In this document: piece after piece, positions 39,285 through 48,564 of the stretch
Numbering within the stretch: position 1 is the first letter of the stretch
Layout: every line of letters begins with the position of its first letter
Assembly (NCBI GenBank): GCA_963705165.1
Contig: CAVPJD010000008.1
Span: 1 to 64,000, forward strand
DNA length: 64,000 nucleotides
From: an uncultured delta proteobacterium
Lineage (GTDB): Bacteria; Desulfobacterota; Syntrophia; Syntrophales; UBA2192
Direction: 5' to 3'
Position numbers and translations under genes: made by a program
Notes under the pieces: generated by a model
What the model was told of the DNA's origin: nothing
The model's database searches: none
The model's input: the letters and a program-made list of their open reading frames with translations, nothing else

Positions 39285-40550
39285 TCATCCCGCGATCGTC
39301 TTCCGGATGAGCGCAAAAAGGTAGGCAACCTCCGCCTCGTCGAGACCGCCTGCGAATTCGACGACGGCCTTGTCGCTCCGGGCAGTGACGCCCCGGGAGC
39401 CCGCCATTTTCATCAGCGACAAAAGAAATCGGGGGACGGGTCGCCCGTCGGGCATCCGGGGGGTCCCCGTGTTGCCCAAGTGTACTTTCTTCATCCCGGG
39501 GACTTCAATAGTGTCCATGAGTGCCCGTGTTGTGGGCGCCACGAGATCCTCCAACTCGTCGACGGGGATCTCGACGGTGGAACGCTTGCCCTGCTTCAGG
39601 GCCTCGACGCGGAGAAAAGCCTTCGTGACAGTGATGCGCTCGAACTGGTTCTTCAGACGAAGCACGTTCAGCAGAGCCGACACGACGGGACCTGCAATGA
39701 AGAGAAGGCCGATGAACCCCAGGAAAAAATACCGGATCCAGTCGGGCATAGGAAGTGTGAGAAGCGCCGGCAGTAAAAACCAGGCCACGGCCCCTGCGAA
39801 AGCGATGGGAAAGAGCACGGGAAGATAACGAAGCCAGCTCATCAGCGGCCCGGGAATGTGAAGGATGAACCCTTCCCCCGTTCGCTCCACCCGCGAGCGC
39901 ATCCCGGGAGGTTCCGGCGGCACGACGGCCACGGCCTCGCCCGTTCGCCGCACCCGGTCCCGGTAGGATTCGTTGAGATGGTCCGGGTCGCGCGTGACCC
40001 GCTCACCCGTCGACGAATCCACGAGGGGTTTTCGCAGAAACCTCGAGAGCTCCTCGGCCACCTGCCTCGCCTCGGCGAAACTCACGGGCTGAACAACGGC
40101 GATGGGCTTCACGATCCCCTCGCCGGAGAGCTTCACGGGCCACGTTGCGGCGGAGTCGCTGTCGCCGCTTGAATAGTCCATCTCCACCTGCCGGATCGCA
40201 TCCAGCATGTACTCTGTGCGCTTCATGGGGACGAGGAGCCCCCACCACTGAACGACTCGACCCCTGCCCCGGTCCAGGACGATCCCGCTGCGCCCGAAGA
40301 CGAGACCGGCCCCGACTGCGGCGAACACCGAGCCAAACAGGACGACGAAAACGGAAGGCAGAGGCCCCGGGGAGCCCTCCATGGGGATGAGACCCAGGGG
40401 AATCTGCATGACAAAGAGGCCTGCCAGCAGGAAGGGCAGACCGAAGATCGAAAGGCAGCCGCCCCCGCTGCGAAGCTCGAGAGTGCCCGAATCCTTGTAA
40501 TAGAAGAGGCTTTTCTTCCCTCCCATGCGGGCCTGGTTGAAGAAGCTCAT
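39285..40550 (-). CDS. Hypothetical membrane protein (two TM-pair + soluble modules)
   Basis: 421-aa ORF with four hydrophobic helices in two pairs. Confidence 0.7.
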   Translation of the reverse strand: MSFFNQARMGGKKSLFYYKDSGTLELRSGGGCLSIFGLPFLLAGLFVMQIPLGLIPMEGSPGPLPSVFVVLFGSVFAAVGAGLVFGRSGIVLDRGRGRVVQWWGLLVPMKRTEYMLDAIRQVEMDYSSGDSDSAATWPVKLSGEGIVKPIAVVQPVSFAEARQVAEELSRFLRKPLVDSSTGERVTRDPDHLNESYRDRVRRTGEAVAVVPPEPPGMRSRVERTGEGFILHIPGPLMSWLRYLPVLFPIAFAGAVAWFLLPALLTLPMPDWIRYFFLGFIGLLFIAGPVVSALLNVLRLKNQFERITVTKAFLRVEALKQGKRSTVEIPVDELEDLVAPTTRALMDTIEVPGMKKVHLGNTGTPRMPDGRPVPRFLLSLMKMAGSRGVTARSDKAVVEFAGGLDEAEVAYLFALIRKTIAG

Positions 40551-40768
40551 GTCAGCTGCACCTGATCATCGAGAATGTGATCCCCTTTTTAATTTCGGTC
40601 GGAAAGGCGTCTTTCTTGACGGGTTTTCTCCCCGGCCTTGTGCTTTCGCAAAATGGTATACACCAGGATCCGGAGCGGGAAAAGAAAGAAATGAAAAAGG
40701 CCTGCGCCGCACAGGTGAACTTCCCGGTGCAATCGGCTATACTGTCGCATCTTATTATGAGGGAATCC

Positions 40769-41482
40769 ATGGCCGGCATTGAAACCATCGGGAAGGAAAT
40801 CAAACGACTTGCCGACCCCGAAAAGGCGAAGATGCTGCAGCGATTCTTCAAGACGGGCCCGGGGCAGTACGGCGAGGGGGATATTTTTGCGGGGGTCACG
40901 GTTCCCGTGATCCGGAAGCTTGTCCGGAAGCATCGAGACCTCCCATTGAAGGACACGGCGAAGATCGTGCAATCGCCCGTCCACGAGGAAAGGCTCCTTG
41001 CGCTGCTCATCCTCGTCGAGAAGTACCGCAGGGGTGACGACGCAACCCGCAAGCGCATCTACAGCCTCTACCTGAAGAACACCCGCTACATCAACAGCTG
41101 GGACCTCGTCGATCTTTCGGCGGAGCACATAGTGGGGGCATTCCTCTACGGGACCGACCGTGCGCCCCTGTACCGGCTGGCCCGCTCGAAGAGTCTCTGG
41201 GAGCGAAGGATCGCGATTCTCGCCACCTTTCACGACATCAAGCAGGGCAATCCCGATCACACCCTTGCGCTGGCGGACGTCCTTCTGGCGGATCGGCACG
41301 ACCTCATCCACAAAGCCGTGGGCTGGATGCTCCGCGAGGTGGGAAAACGCTGCAGCGCCGACACGCTGCGGGATTTTCTTCGGACACGCTACCCATTCAT
41401 GCCCCGGACAATGCTTCGCTACGCCATCGAGCGCTTCCCCGAAGCAGAACGGAAAGACTACCTTCGCGGAGTCGTCGGATAA
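40769..41482 (+). CDS. DNA alkylation repair enzyme (AlkD-like)
   Basis: FFKTGPGQYGEGD.F.GV, HEER, INSWDLVD, WERR, HDLIHKAVGWMLRE, RTMLRYAIE. Confidence 0.92.
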   Translation: MAGIETIGKEIKRLADPEKAKMLQRFFKTGPGQYGEGDIFAGVTVPVIRKLVRKHRDLPLKDTAKIVQSPVHEERLLALLILVEKYRRGDDATRKRIYSLYLKNTRYINSWDLVDLSAEHIVGAFLYGTDRAPLYRLARSKSLWERRIAILATFHDIKQGNPDHTLALADVLLADRHDLIHKAVGWMLREVGKRCSADTLRDFLRTRYPFMPRTMLRYAIERFPEAERKDYLRGVVG

Positions 41483-41500
41483 AGATCGCTCCGCCCCGTC

Positions 41501-41998
41501 TTATCGGCCCACCGCCCAGTCCACGATCTCCTGCGTAAACCTCTGGACTTCCTTGACGTCCGCGGCGTCGGGATGCCCTTCGGCGCTGCGGGCCTCCTCG
41601 GCCCACGCCCTGTGCTCGGGCTTGCTCATCAGGGCTTCGATGAGTCTGTCCTCCACCTTCCCCCGGCAGCCGAACTGGCCCAGAACAGTGAGATTGACGG
41701 CGAGGCTCTCGGCGCTCGCGAAGGCCTGCTTTGCCAGCTGACTGCCCCGGAGGGAACCGTGCGTTGCAAAAAAGGCCACTTTCTGACCTTTCGGAAGCCG
41801 TTTGATCAGCTCCTGCATCTTGACCGGCACACTGTGCGCCTGCACAGGGAAGCCGCACAGAACCAGGTCATAGCCATCCAGGCTCTTCACATCGGCAACA
41901 GGCAGAATCGTCTTGTCCGTGGTGAGAACGTCATAGATCGCCCGGGCGAGTTTCTCCGTGTTACCCGTCTGCGTGTAGTACGTAACGAGAACCTTCAT
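41501..41998 (-). CDS. Flavodoxin-family protein
   Basis: YYTQTGNTEKLA, VAFFATHG, F.C.G, GHPD..D. Confidence 0.88.
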   Translation of the reverse strand: MKVLVTYYTQTGNTEKLARAIYDVLTTDKTILPVADVKSLDGYDLVLCGFPVQAHSVPVKMQELIKRLPKGQKVAFFATHGSLRGSQLAKQAFASAESLAVNLTVLGQFGCRGKVEDRLIEALMSKPEHRAWAEEARSAEGHPDAADVKEVQRFTQEIVDWAVGR

Positions 41999-42228
41999 CC
42001 TTCTCCTCCTTCCCTGCTGATACCCAGAATAGAATGAATACGGCCGCACGGCAACAGCGCCTGACGCCGACGAAGCCTTATCGTCGATTCGTTTTCCTGT
42101 CAACGAAAAACTCCTCTTGCCCGGCTGTAAAGCACCTTTCACGACCCGGTGCCTGCCTGCCCTAAGAGCCCGTTCCCCGGCCATCGAAAAAGGAGTGAGA
42201 GGATATTTGCGGAAGCATCATTTTTTTC

Positions 42229-42258
42229 TTGACAAATAGAACGATCGTTCTATATATA
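42229..42258 (+). promoter_or_regulatory. Sigma-70 promoter with embedded SOS-box palindrome ATAGAAC-GATC-GTTCTAT
   Basis: TTGACA at 42229, TATATA-like -10; perfect 18-bp palindrome with GAAC-N4-GTTC core upstream of lexA. Confidence 0.8.
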
Positions 42259-42261
42259 GCA

Positions 42262-42343
42262 GGCATAAGGCTAAAGGCGTTGGGCTCACGGTAAGAAGCT
42301 GAATCCACCCATTCAATGTGCCTTACGCCATAAGCCGTAAACC
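42262..42343. repeat. Inverted heptamer arrays in the lexA 5' leader
   Basis: ggcataaggctaaaggcgttgggctcacggtaag ... gccttacgccataagccgtaaacc. Confidence 0.65.
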
Positions 42344-42435
42344 GATTTTGCCGGGATCACGGCACGATGCAAACAGGGAAGAAACGCAAGGTATCCCTCC
42401 TGGTGCCTGAAGCCCGATGCCCGGAGCCTGATTCT

Positions 42436-43023
42436 ATGAGAGGAAACAGGACCCTCAAGAGCGTTGAGAAGGATATTGCCGGGTTCTACCGGGGCCAGAG
42501 GCGAATGCCTACCTACGCGGAGATGATGACCCTCCTGGGGGTTCGCTCCAAGGCCGTCGTCTATTTCTGGGTTCAGAAGCTCCTGGCCGATGGGGTGCTG
42601 GAAAAGGATACCCGGGGGTTCCTGCACCCGTCGCGCAGGGCCTTCGGCCTGCCCATGGTGGGCAACGTTGCCGCAGGGTTCCCCTCCCCTGCCGAGGAGG
42701 AGCTCCGGGACGTCATCTCCTTCGACGAGTACCTCATCACGAAACCCGGCACATCATTTCTGCTGCGGGTGTCGGGGGACTCCATGATCGACGAGGGGAT
42801 CCACCAGGGAGATCTGGTCGTCATCGAGAAAGGCCGGGAGCCGAAATCGGGCGACATCGTGATCGCCGAGGTTGACGGCGAGTGGACACTGAAATTCTTC
42901 CGGAAAAAGGGAAAGGACGTATTCCTGGAGGCGGCCAACGTGAAGTACCCGCCCATCCGCGCCCGGTCGGAACTGCGCGTGGGCGGCGTGGTGAGCGCCG
43001 TAGTGCGCAAATACCCGGGCTGA
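42436..43023 (+). CDS. lexA: LexA repressor (S24 peptidase)
   Basis: PTYAEM..LG.RS..V HTH, VAAG cleavage site, VSGDSM (Ser), TLK (Lys). Confidence 0.85.
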   Translation: MRGNRTLKSVEKDIAGFYRGQRRMPTYAEMMTLLGVRSKAVVYFWVQKLLADGVLEKDTRGFLHPSRRAFGLPMVGNVAAGFPSPAEEELRDVISFDEYLITKPGTSFLLRVSGDSMIDEGIHQGDLVVIEKGREPKSGDIVIAEVDGEWTLKFFRKKGKDVFLEAANVKYPPIRARSELRVGGVVSAVVRKYPG

Positions 43024-43084
43024 GGGTTCTGCGGCCGTTCAGGACCGGAAGCCCTCACAAAAAAAGCATGAACGAACAAGAAAC

Positions 43085-43339
43085 ATGACGGAGGCGTCAG
43101 CGATGAATGCGAAAGTGATCGATCGTCTGGAAGGCCTGGAGGGTTTCAGCAGGCTGAGCATCAGGGCGGCGTCGCGGATGGTCTCCCCGATCCGCCGCTT
43201 CAGGAACATGGTCGAGTTGAGCGACTGGGAGGACAGAATCCTTCGGAGGGAGCAGGAAATCGACGCCTTCTGCTGGATGCTCGCCGGCGGGACGGCGGCA
43301 CTGCTGCTGCCGGTGGGCTTCCTCGTCCTGAAAGGCTAG
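43085..43339 (+). CDS. Hypothetical protein with C-terminal TM helix
   Basis: GGAGG before internal ATG; C-terminal hydrophobic segment. Confidence 0.5.
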   Translation: MTEASAMNAKVIDRLEGLEGFSRLSIRAASRMVSPIRRFRNMVELSDWEDRILRREQEIDAFCWMLAGGTAALLLPVGFLVLKG

Positions 43340-43354
43340 GGCCACTGGACCCTG

Positions 43355-43437
43355 TGGCTAGTGGTCAGTGATTTGTGGTTAGTGAACGGCAATTGGGGCG
43401 TTAAGATTTTTTCACAAGCCACTAGTCACTAGCCACT
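43355..43437. repeat. Inverted heptamer arrays (GTGGYTA)n / (CACTAGY)n
   Basis: gtggctagtggtcagtgatttgtggttagtg ... cacaagccactagtcactagccact. Confidence 0.75.
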
Positions 43438-43705
43438 TCGCCTAATTTCCGGGAGAAACAATCTTCGTGGCGGTCTTTCTGGCCGTGCCAGGCTTCCCAT
43501 CTGCCTGACCGGGGATCTGCGTTGGGTATTGTCCCGGCGCGGGCTGTCATCTTCGCGTAATATTCTGTTTGATATTATTGGGCACCGCCGGTAAAATGAT
43601 CGATGTAAAAATCGTGGCTTCAAGCTGAAAATGAAGCGGGGGATGCCCGATTTCCGGCGCCCTGATTGTCGAATCTCAAATCGAATATCAGAAGGAGGAC
43701 GTTTC

Positions 43706-44272
43706 ATGAACAAGAAAATCCTTTTATCGGTTCTGGCCGCAATCCTGATGCTGGCCATCGGCTGCACCACCACGGGCACGAGTTCGGGCGACCCCGACAT
43801 GACGCGTCGCGGCCTTGACACCAACGCCGACGCTGCGCTCTCCAGGCTCTATGCACAGGTCGCCGGATCGGAGCAGATGGTGCGCCAGGCCAGAGGCGTG
43901 CTGGTGTTCCCGTCCGTGTTAGAGGCCGGCTTTGTCTTCGGTGCCTCGCGCGGCAATGGCGTGTTGCGCGTCGGCGGAAATACGGTGAGCTATCACGCCA
44001 CGACGAGCGGATCGTGGGGCCTGCAGGCCGGCGCCCAGTCGACGGCGGTCTTTATCCTGTTCATGACGGACGAGGCGTTGAAGCGGTTTCAGGACAGCCG
44101 GGGCTGGACGGCGGGCACCGACGCATCGGTGACCTTGATCTCCGTGGGCGCGAGCGCCCAGGTGACCACTGCCACGGCGCAGCAGCCCGTCGTCGGATAC
44201 GTGCTTTCCAACCGCGGGCTCATGGCGGGCATCACGCTGGACGGGACGCGCATCACCCGGCTGGATCTCTAA
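43706..44272 (+). CDS. YSC84/SYLF lipid-binding lipoprotein
   Basis: AIGC lipobox; ARGVLVFP.V..AGF..G...G.GVL, S.GLQAGAQ, GLMAG..L.G..I. Confidence 0.88.
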   Translation: MNKKILLSVLAAILMLAIGCTTTGTSSGDPDMTRRGLDTNADAALSRLYAQVAGSEQMVRQARGVLVFPSVLEAGFVFGASRGNGVLRVGGNTVSYHATTSGSWGLQAGAQSTAVFILFMTDEALKRFQDSRGWTAGTDASVTLISVGASAQVTTATAQQPVVGYVLSNRGLMAGITLDGTRITRLDL

Positions 44273-44308
44273 CCCCTGCCCGAGCGGCATGGGACCGGCG
44301 AAGGGATC

Positions 44309-45594
44309 ATGATCGCTCCGAGAATTGCGCTTTTGTTTGTCGCTGCCGCGGTCCTGGCGGGCTGTGCCATACCGGTCCGCCCGGATCCGGCAGCGGAGGA
44401 TCGCCTGGTGATCCGGGGAGAGATGTTCTTCCCGGAGCACCTCGCGCTGACGCCCGACTGCGTGGCCATCGTGGAGTTGCGCGCGGACGATGCCGGGCCC
44501 TCGGAGCTGGTGGCCGAGAAGCGCTGGCGACTGGACGGGCGGCAGTTGCCGATCCCGTTTGAGCTGAGTGTGGATCCTTCCACACTCAAGAGCCGCTCAC
44601 CCCATGTTTTCCGCGGGGCGATCGTTTCAACGCCGGGCCCGGTGCGCGCCACGGACGCCGTGGAGATCACCGCCCGGACAGGGGTGGTGGAGCTGGGCGC
44701 CTTGAGGCTGAGGCCGGTGGCACAGATCGCCTTCGGCACCCCGTACCTTTGCGGAGACACATCGGTCATCTTCGGCGCGCTCGGCAAGCATGTACGGATG
44801 ATTGTCAGGGGCGAAGCCTTCGACCTGGAAGCGGCGGCATCGGCCTCCGGCGCCCGCTACGAGGCGCTCGACGGCACGGATCACCCTGCTTCTGGAGCAA
44901 GGGGAATCGCGCCACGGTGACCGTGCGCGGCGTGGGCCTCCCGGAGTGCAGGGCCGTCACCGCGCCCGAGCTCCCGTTCACTGCCCGAGGCCAGGAGCCC
45001 GGCTGGCTGATCAGGATCGACGAAAGCGGGATCTCCCTGAACACCGACTTCGGGGCTCTGCAACTCCGCATGCCGTGGACGGAACCGCAGATCACCGCCG
45101 ACGGCATCCTCTACCGGACGGCCGCCAACGGCCGCCGCCTGTCGGTTTCCATTCAGCCCCGGATCTGTGCCGATATCGCCACCGGCATGCCCCACCCCTA
45201 CCGGGTGCGTTACGAGCTCGACGGGGGGACGCGCTCCGGTTGCGGCGGTGACCCGAGAACGCTGCTGACCGGTGGAGAATGGACCGTGGAGAGCATCGGC
45301 GGTAAGCCGGTGATCGCCAACTCCAGCGTGACGATCCTGTTCCTGAAGGAAGACCGGGTGGCCGGTAACGCCTCCTGCAACCGTTTCATCGGCGGTTACC
45401 GGCTGAACGGGGAAGGCCTCTCTTTCCACCAGCTGGGGGGCACGATGATGGCTTGCGAGGATCCGCTGAGCGAGCAGGAAACCCGCTTCCTGGGTCTGTT
45501 GCGGGATACTTACCGCTTCGAGATCGACCCGAAGGGCCGCCTCGTACTGCACACGACCCGGCAGCAGAGCATCGAGGCCCGGCAACACAATTGA
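44309..45594 (+). CDS. YbaY-like lipoprotein with MliC-like, COG3650-like and META (HslJ) domains; frameshift near 44880
   Basis: LAGC; QLPIPFEL; SASGARY..|FWSKG; ARGQEPGW; GNASCNRF.G.Y, TMMAC. Confidence 0.8.
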
Positions 45595-45741
45595 CGTCCC
45601 TCTCTTTGTACAACCCTCCGCGATTCCACTGCCAGCGGGCCGAACCGGCCCAGCGGGACTGATCCTGCACACGCTCGTCGTACCGGCTCAGATCCCAGTA
45701 CAGACCCGCATCCTTCTCAAGGCTTCGCGTCAAAGGCTCAA

Positions 45742-45810
45742 ATCCCCCCTTCCCCACTTTACGAAAGGGGGGAAATGCTGTCGGCTGTCGGCTGTTGGCT
45801 GTCGGCTTCT
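45742..45810. repeat. Palindromic CCCCCC...GGGGGG element plus (GCTGTCG)n heptamer array
   Basis: atccccccttccccactttacgaaagggggg; gctgtcggctgtcggctgttggctgtcggct. Confidence 0.65.
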
Positions 45811-45821
45811 TACCCTGGACC

Positions 45822-46659
45822 CTATTTTGTGACCAGGTAGTCAGCATCCTCCACCGTAAGTCTCCCCTTGCCGTCCGGATCCGGCAGGATGACCGAGACC
45901 GTCACATCGGGCCTCATCGTCGCAATCTGCCTGGGGATGGCCCGCTTCCAGGCGTGCACAGAACCCGCAAGGATGACGATCCGGCTGCCCGGATTTTTGT
46001 CCAGGTAATCGAGGGCGTAGATCGCCATGGCCGTATCCCAGACCATCTGGGCTTCGCAGAAATGATCGAAGGAGCGCCCCGATCCGTGGGCGTGCTCCGT
46101 GAAGGTTTTCCGGATGAAGGCACGGTATTCCTCGTCAATCGTGCAGGTAAGACCCGGCGGGAGTTTCTTTCTTTCGGTCTCCGTAAGCGAGGCAAAGCCT
46201 TCGCGCGCCACTTTCGAGACAATCTCCCGTGGCACGTTCAGGCCCACCAGGGGAATCCTCTTCTGCCGGGTGTAGAGGAAAATGTCCCTGTAGAGCAGCC
46301 AGGGCATCCCCCAGTTTTCACGGTAGAGTGACTCGAACTGCTCCGTCGGCATCCCCCAGCGCCACCACTTGTCCAGCAGCTCCTGGCTCTCGGCCCTGAA
46401 CATCTCGAGGCCGACCGCCAGCGGCGCACCGCCTTCATAGAGCGTCCGGATGATTTTGAGCTGCAGGTCATGGTGGGCCTGGTTTCGTGGGTTTCGCCGA
46501 CGATGATGACCCGGCTCTTCGAGGTCTCCGCGACCATCCGGTCGAAGGGAATCGCGACATGGTCCTTCAGCCGCACGACATCACCGTCCTGGCAGCCCGC
46601 CAGGAGAGGGATTGCCGCGGCCACGATCGCGGACAGGACGATTCGATGGAGGAATTCAT
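45822..46659 (-). CDS. ChaN-family lipoprotein; two -1 frameshifts (about 46655 and 46484)
   Basis: Reconstructed: signal..LAGC, VIIVGETH, HHDLQ, VGLEMF, GLNVP, AQMVWD.AMA, ILAGSVH, ADY. Confidence 0.82.
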
Positions 46660-46986
46660 AGGGCTTCCCCGCTTTCCTTCGTCCATATGAATCGGGACGG
46701 GCCGGATTGTCAAGCGGATGTACGATAGCATCGGCATGTCAAAATCATCCGACACCTGGAAAAAGATGACCGACGGTCATGTCCTGAATGATTACGGAAA
46801 TTTAGCTTGACAAAAATCATCAACATTATTATTGAACTTACGTTGCTCTGGTAATATCCGATGATTGCATTGCACTGGATGCAATGGGACTATAGTACAA
46901 ATGTAGAAAAATATAGGATGATTACCGGTCCGGCACCTCCACTTCGTCCCGATTCAGCGCGGGACATGGAGGGCTGACAAGGGGAG

Positions 46987-47979
46987 GTGGTTTCCATCTA
47001 CAAGAAAAGAATGTCCCGGCAGATTCTCGGATTCATTGCTGTCACGCTGCGTTGGCCCCTGCTTTTTTTGCTGACGTCGGCAGATTTTTCAATTTCAACT
47101 GCATCTTCACCGTCTACCCCGGCTCTCAGACGTGATGTGGACGGGTATTTCCCGACGGGACTGAAGTGGTTTCTGAAACCCATCGCCTCGGGCAAGCCTT
47201 TTGTCGCTGGCATGATCACCACCGGAAACGGCCTGGGACGCGGCCTTGTCCTTGCCGTTCCGAACACCGTAGAGCAGTTCAAGGCCGACCGAAAACTGGT
47301 CGGGAACATCATGAAGCGCCTCAAGTTCACCAAGACCTTGACGGGCGCAAAAACGATCGCCGTCGCAGGGCAGGGACCGCGGTTCTTCAAGTCCCATTTT
47401 CCCTATGAGCAACCTTTTGTATACGGCCTGAAGGGCAGGGTTTTCTCCGTGGTGGAAACGGTGGAACGAGTGGTGGAAAGGCACAACCTTCCCAAGGACG
47501 GGACCACCGTTGCCATCCTGGGTGTGGGGGAGATCGGCGAGGCGATCATCCGGAACCTGGAGGAAAAAGGCTACCGTGCCCTCGGGATCGACATAAAGAT
47601 CAGAGAGGGAAGCGTGGAGCTTTGCAATGAAGGGATGGCGAGGCTCAAAAAGGCCGATCTCATCGTGGTCCAGACCCCCCGGGGCGATGACGTGGTGCCC
47701 TACTACGAAGACTTGAAGAAGTCGGCGATCCTGATCGACGACTCCCATCCCCGGATCACCGTCAAACCCGGCGAAGTGAAATTCTACAAGGTCGCCATCG
47801 GCCGCACCGGCGTCGAGTTCAAGCCCCCGCTTCCCGGGTACGAGAAGTACTGGATCCCCGGGTGCGTCCAGGAGTCACTGGTCGTTGCAGAATCCGGAAA
47901 AGCCGAGATGCCACAGGAGGAGTTCAACCGCAGATCGAAGGAACTGGGCTTCTTCGCCCACATGGTAGACGACCGCTGA
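46987..47979 (+). CDS. NAD(P)-binding Rossmann-fold hypothetical protein
   Basis: GGAGG RBS; VAILGVGEIG, LIDDSHP, IPGC..ES. Confidence 0.65.
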   Translation: MVSIYKKRMSRQILGFIAVTLRWPLLFLLTSADFSISTASSPSTPALRRDVDGYFPTGLKWFLKPIASGKPFVAGMITTGNGLGRGLVLAVPNTVEQFKADRKLVGNIMKRLKFTKTLTGAKTIAVAGQGPRFFKSHFPYEQPFVYGLKGRVFSVVETVERVVERHNLPKDGTTVAILGVGEIGEAIIRNLEEKGYRALGIDIKIREGSVELCNEGMARLKKADLIVVQTPRGDDVVPYYEDLKKSAILIDDSHPRITVKPGEVKFYKVAIGRTGVEFKPPLPGYEKYWIPGCVQESLVVAESGKAEMPQEEFNRRSKELGFFAHMVDDR

Positions 47980-48016
47980 AGACAGGCTAAAGGCAACAGG
48001 CCACAGGCTACAGAAA

Positions 48017-48048
48017 AAAAAGGCGAAGAAGCAGATTCTTCGCCTTTT
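48017..48048. terminator. Bidirectional terminator
   Basis: aaaaaggcgaagaa-gcaga-ttcttcgcctttt, flanked by heptamer arrays. Confidence 0.75.
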
Positions 48049-48098
48049 CATTCTTTTCTTCTACCCAATACCCTATACCCAATCCCCAATACCCCTTT

Positions 48099-48527
48099 TC
48101 ATTGTCCGTTACCGTTCGCGACCCCGATGCGGTCGATGGTCGTCAGCACCTTGAGCCCATCATAGTCCACGAAGAAACCGCCGTCCCTGACGGGGATGCC
48201 CATCGCCATCTCATCGCCCGCCTCGGCAGCCGCCGAGTTGCAGATCCCGACGCTTGCGAAATAACACAAGGCATTATTTCGCTCGGCGTGCTCCAGGTTG
48301 TAGAAGGCCTCTTTGTCGTCGGCCAGCTTTCCCTTGTTCGGGTAGACATCGGTCCGGACGACCACGAAGCACAACCGGCCGTTTTTCCTGGCGACGATCT
48401 GCGGGGTCATGGCAAGCGATGGGTTCGCGCCGAGAATCTCGTAGCCGTCCCTGGCCATCTCCTCGTAGACAATCTGGACTCCGAAGTCCTGAATCTCTTC
48501 CCGGGTCATCATTTCGTTTTTTTCCAC
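48099..48527 (-). CDS. Conserved hypothetical protein (possible degenerate PD-(D/E)xK-like fold)
   Basis: GGAG RBS; GYEI, PQIVARK.G.L.FVVVR, YFASVG. Confidence 0.65.
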   Translation of the reverse strand: MEKNEMMTREEIQDFGVQIVYEEMARDGYEILGANPSLAMTPQIVARKNGRLCFVVVRTDVYPNKGKLADDKEAFYNLEHAERNNALCYFASVGICNSAAAEAGDEMAMGIPVRDGGFFVDYDGLKVLTTIDRIGVANGNGQ

Positions 48528-48564
48528 AAATCGCTCTCCCGCAGTGTCGTTGTACATCCCTTTC

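Noticed and set aside
42098..42125. Fourth copy of the ECF promoter motif (TGTCAAC)
   Set aside because: No CGTT at the 16-nt spacing
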